52,783 bases of DNA from a virus, in IMG/VR virus record IMGVR_UViG_3300027715_000004; one strand, given 5' to 3'. The notes under the pieces are model-generated. The model ran no database searches. It was not told where the DNA came from and saw only the letters and a list, made by a program, of their open reading frames with translations. A program made the position numbers and the translations under genes. Shown in pieces: positions 9,952 through 18,083 of the stretch. Numbering within the stretch: position 1 is the stretch's first letter; each line of letters starts with the position of its first letter.

Positions 9952-10299
9952 ATGGGTACGGAATTAGATTCAAATATGAAATTTAGTATTGAAAATGAAA
10001 ATGGAGAATATCAAGAATTAAAAGTTAGTGAAATTAATTTTACACCTTTAGTAAATGATTTAGAAACATTAGAAAATATGTTATTTGATACATCATGTGA
10101 GTTTATAATTGAAGATGTAAAATTTGATAAAAAAATATTAAAGATATTTTCAAAAGAATTAAAAAGAGAAAATAAAATTAAATATATTAATAAATTAAAA
10201 AGAAAATATTTTGCAGTTAAAACTAAAAGACTTAAGAAAAAATATAAAAGTAAAATATTAGAACAAATAACTATAAAAGAGAAATGTAAGAATGTTTAA
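9952..10299 (+). CDS. Hypothetical protein
   Basis: ORF track; aaggag RBS. Confidence 0.6.
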   Translation: MGTELDSNMKFSIENENGEYQELKVSEINFTPLVNDLETLENMLFDTSCEFIIEDVKFDKKILKIFSKELKRENKIKYINKLKRKYFAVKTKRLKKKYKSKILEQITIKEKCKNV

Positions 10300-10318
10300 A
10301 AAATATTATAAAGAAAAT

Positions 10319-10343
10319 AGAGAGGTATTAACCTCTCTTTTTC
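10319..10343. terminator. Hairpin terminator between convergent genes
   Basis: agagaggt-atta-acctctct followed by ttttc. Confidence 0.7.
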
Positions 10344-10367
10344 AATGTCTTAGTTTATACTGGTAAA

Positions 10368-10925
10368 TTAATTATATTTCCATTTATAACCATGATATAT
10401 TAAATTATATTTAATCGCTTTAGACATATTTTTATTTAAATTTTTTATATTCATTTTTCTTTCTGCTTCCATTATACTTTTGTAAATACAAATAACATTA
10501 TTTGTATTTATATCTATTTTAGCAACACTTCTAAGTTCTTTATGTAATCCGATTTCAAATGAATGTTGCATATTTTCTTTATGTGTACACCATTCTAAAT
10601 TTTCTATTCTATTGTCAGTCTTTATACCGTTTATATGATTAACACAAGGTTTATTTTCTGGGTTTGGTATAAACGCTTCTGCTATCAATCTATGTGTTCT
10701 TATCATTTTTATGATTTTTAAATTTGTATTAGTTAATTGTAATTCCCAATATCCTACATTTCCAATATGTTGTTTTATTATTTTTTCATTAATTGTTTTA
10801 TAATATTCTCTTTTATGATATATATCTTTCACAAAAATTTTATTATTTAATCTTTTAACCCTACCTAAATTACTTATTTGATATAATTCCTCATATCCTT
10901 TTATATCTTTCCATATTTCTTCCAT
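10368..10925 (-). CDS. HNH homing endonuclease (NUMOD4 + HNH_3), paralog of 3422..3991
   Basis: [25 protein letters not shown] and [24 protein letters not shown]; the ATG at 10925 has a ggag RBS. Confidence 0.85.
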   Translation of the reverse strand: MEEIWKDIKGYEELYQISNLGRVKRLNNKIFVKDIYHKREYYKTINEKIIKQHIGNVGYWELQLTNTNLKIIKMIRTHRLIAEAFIPNPENKPCVNHINGIKTDNRIENLEWCTHKENMQHSFEIGLHKELRSVAKIDINTNNVICIYKSIMEAERKMNIKNLNKNMSKAIKYNLIYHGYKWKYN

Positions 10926-11083
10926 TTTATTTCTCCATCCTGTCATAAAAAAAAGAAATTTATATAAACATTGGGATTATTGTCGAGATAGCACCCAATG
11001 CTTATATAAATTTCTTTAACTACTCGACATATATATTATATCATATTTGTATTGTTTTGTAAAGATATAAATAGAGAGACTAA

Positions 11084-11392
11084 TCAATTACGATTAGCCT
11101 CTTTATATTGTAGAATTATGTTTGTGAATTCGGTATATTCATCAGTTCCGAATTGAAAAATATGTAATTTAGGGTGACATTTAGGACACAATAAAGATCC
11201 GTTGTTGTAATAATCAGAACCACCAGCATAACAAGGTATAACATGATGAAATTGAATTTTTTTACCAACATCAAACCCACAATGAAAACAAATATGTCCA
11301 AATTCTCTAATTAATTGTTCTTTTGTTATACGACAATCAAACCGATTACGAACATGCTTTTTGTTTTTTAATTCATTTCTCATAAGTTCCAT
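11084..11392 (-). CDS. HNH endonuclease
   Basis: CFHCG...HHVIP...CPKCH motif; contains one in-frame CGG (Arg17) that must be read normally. Confidence 0.8.
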   Translation of the reverse strand: MELMRNELKNKKHVRNRFDCRITKEQLIREFGHICFHCGFDVGKKIQFHHVIPCYAGGSDYYNNGSLLCPKCHPKLHIFQFGTDEYTEFTNIILQYKEANRN

Positions 11393-11476
11393 TTTATTAT
11401 CTCCTCAATTTAATTATAAATTTTAGATTAGTTTAAATGCATATGGTAATGAGGATTTTAGCCCTCATCAAACTAT

Positions 11477-12514
11477 TTATATTTTAGTAAGTCCACCAGA
11501 CCAAACATAATTACCTTTTAAAGAACGATACCAAATGTTATTTCCAGAAACGTTTTCGCCTATAACTGTACCATTTGATACAAAAGTATCTCCTTTGTAT
11601 AAAGTTCCATTTCCACCTAATGGAGCATTTTGATTTGCTTGTGTTCTAACCATTGCTTTAGGTTTATCAACTCTTATAGTAAAATTACTATTATTTACTA
11701 TTGGTTGAGCTTGAGGTTTATAGTTTCCACTTATTTGTGTTAGTCCACCAGACCAAACATAATTACCTACAGCTGATTTATACCATATATTATTTCCATT
11801 AACATATTCACCTTGTACAGTACCAACTGCTGAAAATGTATATCCTCTTAAAAGTTTTTGACTTCCACCAAGTGGAGCGGTACTATTAGGTTGAGTTCTT
11901 ACATTAGCAATATCTTTGTCAACTCTTACAGTAAATTTATTTGTTGATATTTGCGGTGTAACTATTTGTGGTTGTATTGGTGTTGGATTTATAGTACCTA
12001 TATTAACATCTGATTTTATTTTTTCAAATTCATAAGGATTTTCAACGTAATATTTAGGACAAATCTTACCTGTTACATCATAATGTCTTATTATATCATT
12101 TGAAGTTAAATTATATTTAGCACATAAATATTTTAATAATTCAATTAATGAATTATATGTTACATCACTATATTTACCATTCCAATCTGGGTGGCAAACT
12201 TCAATACCTATACTATTATAATTCATATTTAAATTACCAGCATGCCATGCTATTTCGTTTTCTGGCATACATTTTAGTATAGTTCCATCAAGTCCTACAA
12301 TATATTGTGCTGATGCATATTGATAAATTGGTTTACCATTAGCGTCATATCCAACTATTTTTCCAACTTTTAAACTTTCAAAATAATTTCTATTACCAAG
12401 AGCTGAACTTCCAGGATTTCCAACCCAGTGTAGTACTATTTTTTTTATTGAAGTTAGTTTTTCACCACATCTTGAATATGGATTTATTGTTAAATAATTT
12501 TCTTGTATATTCAT
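11477..12514 (-). CDS. Endolysin: N-acetylmuramoyl-L-alanine amidase with two C-terminal SH3b-like repeats
   Basis: Amidase_2-like N-terminus (IVLHWVGNPG, IGIEVCHPDW); duplicated module FT[VI]RVDK...NNIWY...GNYVWSGGLT. Confidence 0.9.
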   Translation of the reverse strand: MNIQENYLTINPYSRCGEKLTSIKKIVLHWVGNPGSSALGNRNYFESLKVGKIVGYDANGKPIYQYASAQYIVGLDGTILKCMPENEIAWHAGNLNMNYNSIGIEVCHPDWNGKYSDVTYNSLIELLKYLCAKYNLTSNDIIRHYDVTGKICPKYYVENPYEFEKIKSDVNIGTINPTPIQPQIVTPQISTNKFTVRVDKDIANVRTQPNSTAPLGGSQKLLRGYTFSAVGTVQGEYVNGNNIWYKSAVGNYVWSGGLTQISGNYKPQAQPIVNNSNFTIRVDKPKAMVRTQANQNAPLGGNGTLYKGDTFVSNGTVIGENVSGNNIWYRSLKGNYVWSGGLTKI

Positions 12515-12587
12515 AATTATTCACCTTTCCCATCATCTTCTGTAAATTCGTTATAATCTACTATTTCTTCCATGATAAATCACTCCT

Positions 12588-12764
12588 TTAACTATCAAAA
12601 CTAGATATTGTTATATCTAATGCTTCTTTTTGTTTTTCTACATATGCTAATGCTCTTTTAAGTCTATCTTTATCTTGCGCTATTTCACCATATCTTGTTA
12701 AAGTATAAGAATCAGATTCTGCTTGCCATCTTTCTTCTCTTTCTGCATCAGTTTCTTTTTTCAT
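12588..12764 (-). CDS. Small charged protein (58 aa)
   Basis: aaggaggt RBS, ATG at 12764, stop 12588-12590. Confidence 0.45.
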   Translation of the reverse strand: MKKETDAEREERWQAESDSYTLTRYGEIAQDKDRLKRALAYVEKQKEALDITISSFDS

Positions 12765-12816
12765 AATAATACCTCCTTATAATATAATTATACCATATTT
12801 TTCTTATTTTTACAAT

Positions 12817-12848
12817 AAAAAATGGTAAGTCATTTTTAAACTTACCAT
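12817..12848 (-). terminator. Rho-independent terminator
   Basis: Minus-sense ATGGTAAG-loop-CTTACCAT followed by a T-run. Confidence 0.65.
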
Positions 12849-12854
12849 GTGTAT

Positions 12855-13253
12855 TTATTCAAAATATTTTTTAATTTTAAAAGGTTTAGCATCTTTATCT
12901 TCGATAAAACTTTTTGCCATATCAAAATAAAAATCAAATTTATCTAAATCATATTTAACTGCAACTTCGTTTATATCGTTATAATACATATTGCATATAA
13001 GCCAATATTCTATTATTTTATCTTCTTCTATACCTTTGCTAACTAAATATTCTTTAGTAGCTTCAAAAGCCCATTTCATTCCAAAGGGTGTCATTTTATT
13101 TATTAGATCAGTAGCTTCTTCTAAAGTTATAAAATTACTTTTTATACTATTATAAACATCTTCTATAATTTCAGGTGATACTTTTTCATCTAATAATTCT
13201 ACTATGTAATCTTCTTCGTTATCATATTTTTCAAATATTTCTTTTAGTGTCAT
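12855..13253 (-). CDS. Hypothetical acidic protein
   Basis: ORF track. Confidence 0.6.
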   Translation of the reverse strand: MTLKEIFEKYDNEEDYIVELLDEKVSPEIIEDVYNSIKSNFITLEEATDLINKMTPFGMKWAFEATKEYLVSKGIEEDKIIEYWLICNMYYNDINEVAVKYDLDKFDFYFDMAKSFIEDKDAKPFKIKKYFE

Positions 13254-13635
13254 TGTTTCCTACCTCCATTTTCTTTAATTTATTATATTCTTCATCGAAT
13301 TTTTTAAATTCTTCATTAGCCCATTTTTCGAACTCTTTATAATTATTACTAGTTCTAAATTCATTACCATATCTATTTATTAAGAATCCCATAAAAAAGT
13401 CTTGCATTGTATCAGAGTATTTTTTACTTTTAAAAAACTCTTCTTGGGATTGAGAAATCACCACAGGTTGAGGTTGTGGATTTTGCATTTGGTTATACAT
13501 TGCTTGTATATCAGCATATATTTTATTTATATCAGTTGGGGTATTCATAAGTGGTTGTGTTTGATTTGCAATATCATTTTGTATATTACCTATCATATAT
13601 GGACTTTGGTAGGGGTTAGTAAATTTTTTATTCAT
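13231..13635 (-). CDS. Hypothetical Q/N/P-rich protein
   Basis: ORF track. Confidence 0.6.
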   Translation of the reverse strand: MNKKFTNPYQSPYMIGNIQNDIANQTQPLMNTPTDINKIYADIQAMYNQMQNPQPQPVVISQSQEEFFKSKKYSDTMQDFFMGFLINRYGNEFRTSNNYKEFEKWANEEFKKFDEEYNKLKKMEVGNNDTKRNI

Positions 13636-13647
13636 AGTTTTATCTCC

Positions 13648-13956
13648 TTAAATTATAGTTTTTATTGTTTCTAGTACAGCTACATTAGCATTTTTATCGT
13701 TGCCATTTTCAACAACAACACCAGCAAAAGTAGCTACAGAATTTATTTGTGTAATTACATCTTCTGAATTACCTTGACCTGGGTATAAAATGAAGTCATA
13801 ATTTGTATCACTCGGTATATCAGTTATTACATTTGTAGGTTGCCTTTTTACATAAACAGGTACTTTACCTTCATTTTGCAATATTAATCTATCTCTACTG
13901 TTATTTCTTTTAACAAGTATAATAGGAATTTTAGTTACATTTATTGGACTTGCCAT
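13648..13956 (-). CDS. Hypothetical protein
   Basis: ORF track; aaggaggt RBS. Confidence 0.6.
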   Translation of the reverse strand: MASPINVTKIPIILVKRNNSRDRLILQNEGKVPVYVKRQPTNVITDIPSDTNYDFILYPGQGNSEDVITQINSVATFAGVVVENGNDKNANVAVLETIKTII

Positions 13957-14015
13957 AATTATTACCTCCTTTAAAAATAAAGGGCTAGATTATTAAACTA
14001 GCCCACTTTATTTAC

Positions 14016-14759
14016 CTATACTACTACTGGAGTAACAGGTTTTAAATGATTTATTATTGTACTAGCAGTGCTATTTAACATAGCAGTTTGAGCAATAGTT
14101 TGATTTAGTGTATTAACTTGAGATTTAGCATCAGCTAATTGTCCTTCTATATTAGAAAGATTAATAGCATTTATTAATGCTCTTGTTTCTTGACCGTCAT
14201 CGCATATAGCTTTTTCTAATTTACAACAACAGGCAGCGTTTTGAGCAGCCATTGCATTTTGACCAGCTATAATTTGGTTAGTTGCAATTGCATTATCTCT
14301 TCCAACTTCATTAAATCCTTGTAGTGTAGCAGTATTTAATTGATTGAAACTATTTAATTGTTGCAAAGCATTTTGATTGTTTTGAGCAGTTATTTGATTA
14401 CCTAATCCATTAATAGATTGTAAAGTAGTAAAATTACCACTAGCTATTGCAGTTTGTAAATTTCCAGTTCCTTGTAAATATAGGTTACCATTATCTCTAA
14501 TTCCATTATTTATACTTACAATACCAGAACATAGTTCAGATTGTAAAGCATCTATTTGAGAATTAGTTTCAGAATTAGATATTTCAGATTGTATTGTATT
14601 AAGTTGAGATTGTATTCCAGCATCAACACCTCTGTTGACACCAAAACCACCACCAAATACTAATCCAAGAGCAGCGATTTCCCCAATCCAAGATCCATTA
14701 CCAAATCCATTACCATATCCAGCAGTTACTGGCATAGTTGGTACTATTCCATTTTCCAT
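14016..14759 (-). CDS. Gly-rich N-terminus / Q-N-rich repeat protein with CCC motif
   Basis: ORF track; GYGNGFGNGSW...GGGFG then N/Q-rich repeats; AACCCKLEKAIC. Confidence 0.6.
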   Translation of the reverse strand: MENGIVPTMPVTAGYGNGFGNGSWIGEIAALGLVFGGGFGVNRGVDAGIQSQLNTIQSEISNSETNSQIDALQSELCSGIVSINNGIRDNGNLYLQGTGNLQTAIASGNFTTLQSINGLGNQITAQNNQNALQQLNSFNQLNTATLQGFNEVGRDNAIATNQIIAGQNAMAAQNAACCCKLEKAICDDGQETRALINAINLSNIEGQLADAKSQVNTLNQTIAQTAMLNSTASTIINHLKPVTPVVV

Positions 14760-14861
14760 AATAAATTCCTCCTTCTTTCAAATTAGATATATTCTATATC
14801 TATACTTTAATTATATATCTTTTTAATTATATATTTCTACAATGTGTATAGACAATATAAT

Positions 14862-14891
14862 AAAAAAACACAGCCCCCTATTTGGCTGTGT
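14862..14891 (-). terminator. Rho-independent terminator
   Basis: Minus-sense ACACAGCC-loop-GGCTGTGT followed by TTTTTTT. Confidence 0.75.
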
Positions 14892-14988
14892 TAGACATTA
14901 TTATAATTAATAAAATACTATTCATATAAATCACTGTCCCCAATTATATTGTACCATATACAATCAAGTGTTTCTACAATGTGTATAT

Positions 14989-15017
14989 AAAAAATACCAG
15001 TGAAATTAATCACTGGT
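14989..15017 (-). terminator. Rho-independent terminator
   Basis: Minus-sense ACCAGTGA-loop-TCACTGGT followed by ATTTTTT. Confidence 0.7.
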
Positions 15018-15027
15018 ACGACCTATT

Positions 15028-15597
15028 TTAAATTTTGCAATATATTCTTATTGCGAAAGCTATTTTATTTAACTCTTCTGTTATCCTTTGTGTGTCAATA
15101 TCTAATTTATCAGAAATTTCTTGAAATGTTAAATTATCTTTGAATCTGTATTTATATATCATAAAAGTTAAATTATTTTGTTTAGAAATCTTTTGTTCAA
15201 AAGAAATAAGATCATCATTTAATGAATTATATTTGATATAATCAATTATATCAGAATATTTTGTAGAGTTACCTTTCCACATAAAAATATCACACATTTT
15301 ACATTTACCACTTAAAACAAATACATTAAAAATAACAAATAAAATTGCATAACATATATCTATTCTAGTTAATAAATATAAACTAGTAAATATAAGAGAA
15401 CTACAAATAAAACATTTCCACCATTGTTTGTAATGTTTTGGTTTAGGAAAAATCCATCTACAAAAACAAAACATTGAAATTATAATAATTATTTCTTTTA
15501 ATTCTAACTTTAATGCAAAACCTATACAAATTATTAAAATAACTTCTACTATATTATATATAGTATTTAAAATATAAAATTTAACATCTTTTTTCAT
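15028..15597 (-). CDS. Membrane protein with AgrB-like His/Cys motif fused to a sigma-70 region-4/ArpU-like HTH
   Basis: About 4 TM segments; CRWIFPKPKHYKQWWKCFICSS (H-x6-C-x3-S spacing as in AgrB); C-terminal NLTFQEISDKLDIDTQRITEELNKIAFAIRIY. Confidence 0.55.
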   Translation of the reverse strand: MKKDVKFYILNTIYNIVEVILIICIGFALKLELKEIIIIISMFCFCRWIFPKPKHYKQWWKCFICSSLIFTSLYLLTRIDICYAILFVIFNVFVLSGKCKMCDIFMWKGNSTKYSDIIDYIKYNSLNDDLISFEQKISKQNNLTFMIYKYRFKDNLTFQEISDKLDIDTQRITEELNKIAFAIRIYCKI

Positions 15598-15616
15598 AAG
15601 TTATCTCCTTTGAAAA

Positions 15617-15661
15617 TTATTCGCCATCTTCACAGTTGCCAACTAAAAACCAACATATCAT
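15617..15661 (-). CDS. 14-aa peptide ORF MICWFLVGNCEDGE
   Basis: Strong AAAGGAGGTG RBS 7 nt before the ATG; lies between two membrane-protein genes. Confidence 0.35.
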   Translation of the reverse strand: MICWFLVGNCEDGE

Positions 15662-15691
15662 AGCAATACACCTCCTTTACTTATTTAAAAC

Positions 15692-16216
15692 TTATTTATT
15701 TAAAAGTAAAGTTATCGTGTACATTGCATATATAGAAATATTTAACAAAATTATATTAATATTTCTAATAGTAATACTTTTTAATTGTTTTTTATAATTA
15801 TGTCTATCCCATAATAAAATACATTTATTGTATAATTTATTTAATTTATTTCTAAATATAAATAAAAACAATATTAATAAAGATTTACCAACTATAGATG
15901 TTATAACTAAATCTTTAAAAATACAAAATGTAACTGTAATTACAAAAATATAAATTATTGAAGCCCAAGTGAAAATAAAAATATCCATTATATTAGCTTT
16001 TTCTTTGTATAATAATTTCATAATAAAATAAATTAAAAATGTAAAAACTATATTTGCAAATATATTCTTCTGAAATATTATAATTATAGGTATATAACAT
16101 AAACTAAATAATGTAAAAAAAAGTATCTTTTTGTTTTCTATTTGCTTTATCAATATTATAAATAAAACAAAATATATTATATCTGGAATTATTCCAAATA
16201 CTAAATTAAATATCAT
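15692..16216 (-). CDS. Polytopic membrane protein (174 aa)
   Basis: ORF track; about 5-6 hydrophobic segments. Confidence 0.6.
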   Translation of the reverse strand: MIFNLVFGIIPDIIYFVLFIILIKQIENKKILFFTLFSLCYIPIIIIFQKNIFANIVFTFLIYFIMKLLYKEKANIMDIFIFTWASIIYIFVITVTFCIFKDLVITSIVGKSLLILFLFIFRNKLNKLYNKCILLWDRHNYKKQLKSITIRNINIILLNISIYAMYTITLLLNK

Positions 16217-16626
16217 TTTAATGTCTCCTTATAGACCATTTTAATCTCTTCTATTGCTATATCAACCATTGAATTACCACCCATTGCTTTATATTCATCA
16301 TATAACTGAAAAATATGATCAAAATCCAAAAAATGTACTTTTACACCTGGTGTTTTTATTAAAAGTCTAAAGTTTAATATTTCTTGTTTGATTCTGTTTA
16401 TCTCATTTTTATTAATTGTAACTTTACAATCTGTGAGATCAGATTTAACTTCTTTGATACTTTCTTGAGTTTCTTTAATACTTTTCTTAGTATCATCTAA
16501 AAGAAAATTTTTAAACCAAGTAAGCGGTGCTAGTTTTATAGGTAATTTTTCAACTGTAAAACTAATACCTAAAATGCTTAATATTCCTATTATTGTAGCA
16601 ATAGCTGTCATCATCATTTGTACCAC
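16213..16626 (-). CDS. Membrane-anchored protein (N-terminal TM helix)
   Basis: ORF track; overlapping ATGA junction with the next gene. Confidence 0.6.
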   Translation of the reverse strand: MVQMMMTAIATIIGILSILGISFTVEKLPIKLAPLTWFKNFLLDDTKKSIKETQESIKEVKSDLTDCKVTINKNEINRIKQEILNFRLLIKTPGVKVHFLDFDHIFQLYDEYKAMGGNSMVDIAIEEIKMVYKETLK

Positions 16627-16629
16627 CTT

Positions 16630-16914
16630 TTATTTACCTATTTTGCCATCATCAAGCAAATCTTTCACTGTATCAAATAAATATTGTATGTATTTTTCTA
16701 AAAAAACTTTTGGCATTATTATTTTTAAAACTGGATATTTAGTATAAAATTTATCAATTACATAATTAAATTTTTCTATACCTATATCTCTGTATTTTTC
16801 TGCTTCTAAAAATAATACATAAGCAGTTTCTCTAAATTTTTTACCAATTATTAAAGGTACTATTACAATTAAAATCGGTATTACAACACTTATTATAATA
16901 TTTGTTATATCCAC
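16630..16914 (-). CDS. Putative holin (LL-H-like architecture)
   Basis: Single N-terminal TM helix followed by a charged helical domain; sits after the tail fibre genes. Confidence 0.4.
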   Translation of the reverse strand: MDITNIIISVVIPILIVIVPLIIGKKFRETAYVLFLEAEKYRDIGIEKFNYVIDKFYTKYPVLKIIMPKVFLEKYIQYLFDTVKDLLDDGKIGK

Positions 16915-16975
16915 GTAACCATCTCCTTTAATTAAATTATATCACATTAATATATAAATGTAAATACTTGTATTT

Positions 16976-17725
16976 TTACAAGTATACACATTTAGCTTTT
17001 AAAATTGTAGTTCCTGTTGCACTTTTAAATCCTATAGAACTTTGTCCTGCAACACCTGTAACAGCTAATAAATAGAATGGTGTTTTAGTACTAACTTCAA
17101 CAACTTTAGATTTGCTTTGTTTTTCAGTTATAGTCAACGCACCTGTAGCTCCTATTATCCTAGCTAAAGCATTAAAATCAACATCGCTTGTTGAAGTAGA
17201 TGAAGTTGATAAAGTCACTTGACATTGTGCTTGAGTTCCTGAAGCAATAGCACCTTCAGCTATCAAATCGTAACCTAAATCCCATATTCCTGGTCCTAAA
17301 TTAATTTTAAATGATCCTATATTGTAATAAGTTCCTGCTGTCGGATTAGATTGTGCTAATCCAACTGTATCTTTTACTATGATATCCCATTTATTTGGAT
17401 TCATTGGAAATCCAAAAGGAACTTTAAAACTACTATAATAAAAATCAGATATAGCATCAGTTGTTAAAGTATAGTCTGTTCCAAAATGTAGAGTTATAGT
17501 AGTTGAGTTTATAGCCATAACTATTGCGTATTTAGTTGTTATTTGTGTAAATTTAACTTTCATACCAACCGAAATGCTGCCTGTTAAATCAGTACTTGTA
17601 GTGATAACACCACTTACAATAGTGCTATCATAAGAAGAATAGGCAAAAGTTGTACCATTTGCCTTATTCCAACCTTTAAGTAAATATTCTAAATCGTAAA
17701 TTATTGGTGCACTCATATTATCCAC
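16976..17725 (-). CDS. Tail fibre-associated / receptor-binding candidate
   Basis: ORF track; position downstream of the tail fibre; S/T/G-rich beta-like sequence. Confidence 0.55.
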   Translation of the reverse strand: MDNMSAPIIYDLEYLLKGWNKANGTTFAYSSYDSTIVSGVITTSTDLTGSISVGMKVKFTQITTKYAIVMAINSTTITLHFGTDYTLTTDAISDFYYSSFKVPFGFPMNPNKWDIIVKDTVGLAQSNPTAGTYYNIGSFKINLGPGIWDLGYDLIAEGAIASGTQAQCQVTLSTSSTSTSDVDFNALARIIGATGALTITEKQSKSKVVEVSTKTPFYLLAVTGVAGQSSIGFKSATGTTILKAKCVYL

Positions 17726-17734
17726 CTTTCCTTT

Positions 17735-18067
17735 CTATACATATTCTCCATGTATTACAAATTCAAAAATTTTGCCAACTGGAGCAGTCCAATTTTTAAG
17801 TTGTATTCTAGTACTTGTAGCACCAGTATTACCAACTTCAATATAATGTGTTCCAAGTATTAATTTTGTGCCTAGATAATAAACATCTAAAACACCATCC
17901 CCCACTTTGTAAGCAATTGGTATTATAAAATCAGTATTTTGTGGTACTTCTGCTCCAGTTGTTAAACTTCCTTTTTGAATATAAATATAATTTGTCATAA
18001 TATTTAAATTACCAGCATCTATTGGAGTAGTTGTATCTGGTAAATTTTTATAAACTAATTTATTCAT
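17735..18067 (-). CDS. Tail fibre-associated protein
   Basis: ORF track; N-terminus LPDTTTPIDAGNLN is typical of Firmicute phage fibre proteins. Confidence 0.55.
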   Translation of the reverse strand: MNKLVYKNLPDTTTPIDAGNLNIMTNYIYIQKGSLTTGAEVPQNTDFIIPIAYKVGDGVLDVYYLGTKLILGTHYIEVGNTGATSTRIQLKNWTAPVGKIFEFVIHGEYV

Positions 18068-18083
18068 TTTTTAATTCACCTCC

